A stretch of DNA of 43,185 nt. Origin: a virus. Lineage: Duplodnaviria; Caudoviricetes. Of the stretch, positions 42,589 to 43,185 are shown in pieces. The stretch is from the IMG/VR virus record IMGVR_UViG_3300005764_000033, positions 1-43,185 of that record; one strand, 5' to 3'. Both the position numbers and the translations under genes were made by a program. The notes beneath the pieces were generated by a model that made no database searches, was not told the DNA's origin, and saw only the letters and a list, made by a program, of their open reading frames with translations. Numbering within the stretch: the first letter of the stretch is position 1; every line of letters begins with the position of its first letter.

Positions 42589-43184
42589 CACTGCACCACG
42601 TAGCAACGCAGGAACGAACCTGCGACGAAAGTCGGTGAACCGCCGTTGCTGAGCAGGCGGAAGCCGGTGACGCCCGCCAGTACATTGTCGTGGCCCACTG
42701 AAAGATACTGGCGCGACGTGCCGTTGAAGTTCCAGGTGTTTCCCTCGCCCCACCAATTATTGGTCGGCATGACGCGGTATCTCATCTGGCCGTAGCACTG
42801 GCTGGCCGTGGAGAGAGACCAACCGACGGCGTTGGCCGCCAGATAGCCGAAAGCGCCGGTCGGCGTCGATTGGACCCAATAGACGCCGTTGACATTGTAG
42901 GTCGCGGCGAGGTTGGGCGTGCCGCTCTGCATGAGGACGATGCGAGCGTCGGCATTGACGCCGCCTGTGGTGGTGAAAGCCCAATCGAGCGCAACCAACT
43001 TTGCATTGGACGGGATAGTGACATCCATTGTCGCTGCCGCCGATGTCAGCACGCTCTCACTGTAGAGATACAGGTTGCCCGGCGCGGGCGTGGTGTAGCT
43101 GATGACGCCGACCGGGATCGCGCTGAATGTTATGCCGCAATTGGGATTTGTGGATGCTGAGCCAGACGATACAGTAAAATCGAA
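42588..43184 (-). CDS. Fibre/spike-like protein, 5'-truncated paralog of 41491-42588
   Basis: Frame open to the window edge; similar C-terminal domain (AATMDVTIP / QAAIDFINIP; VTGFRLL / ISGLHLY). Confidence 0.65.
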   Translation of the reverse strand, partial: FDFTVSSGSASTNPNCGITFSAIPVGVISYTTPAPGNLYLYSESVLTSAAATMDVTIPSNAKLVALDWAFTTTGGVNADARIVLMQSGTPNLAATYNVNGVYWVQSTPTGAFGYLAANAVGWSLSTASQCYGQMRYRVMPTNNWWGEGNTWNFNGTSRQYLSVGHDNVLAGVTGFRLLSNGGSPTFVAGSFLRCYVVQ

Positions 43185-43185
43185 A

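Larger units (their letters stand above)
1..43185. mobile_element. Tailed dsDNA phage genome segment (podovirus-like), incomplete
   Basis: Phage-type replication module, lysis genes, tail/adaptor and very large internal virion genes; convergent two-arm layout; many ATGA/TGATG gene overlaps; no host housekeeping genes; head/packaging genes absent from the window. Confidence 0.95.

Noticed and set aside
41491-43185. Diversity-generating retroelement acting on fibre genes
   Set aside because: No reverse transcriptase and no near-identical TR/VR nucleotide repeat pair seen
1-43185. Integrase, att sites, tRNA genes, terminal repeats
   Set aside because: None recognisable by eye; lifestyle and genome ends cannot be determined from this window

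Overview
This window is a GC-rich, gene-dense segment of a tailed dsDNA phage (or prophage), most likely a podovirus, with two convergent arms. The + arm (1-~18.7 kb) holds about 30 short, translationally coupled early genes followed by a replication module: family A DNA polymerase, Cas4-like PD-(D/E)XK exonuclease, VRR-NUC nuclease, SNF2-like helicase, a Cys-containing putative ssDNA-binding protein and an AEP primase/DUF927-type helicase. The - arm (43185 to ~18.7 kb) is a late operon: two paralogous fibre-like proteins, head-tail adaptors, a tail-collar fibre, a tail stabilisation protein, a GNAT, three probable internal virion (ejection) proteins of 472, 1414 and 3077 aa, seven small genes, a lipoprotein, holin candidates, an M15 peptidase endolysin and an HNH nuclease. 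I see no terminase, portal, capsid, integrase, tRNA or CRISPR array, so the element probably extends beyond the window. The most striking unexplained signal is a peptide tag, [YMLF]-x-x-G-G-x-[VI]. It recurs about 14 times (strict and near matches) across two ejection proteins and five small late proteins, three of which end in near-identical GGKV(I/L)S tails. The same cluster contains a HiPIP-like 4-Cys protein. Also notable are a near-consensus sigma70 promoter whose -10 box forms the loop of an intrinsic terminator directly before the polymerase, and a hairpin array before the primase. All product calls come from motif recognition by eye; no database search was run.
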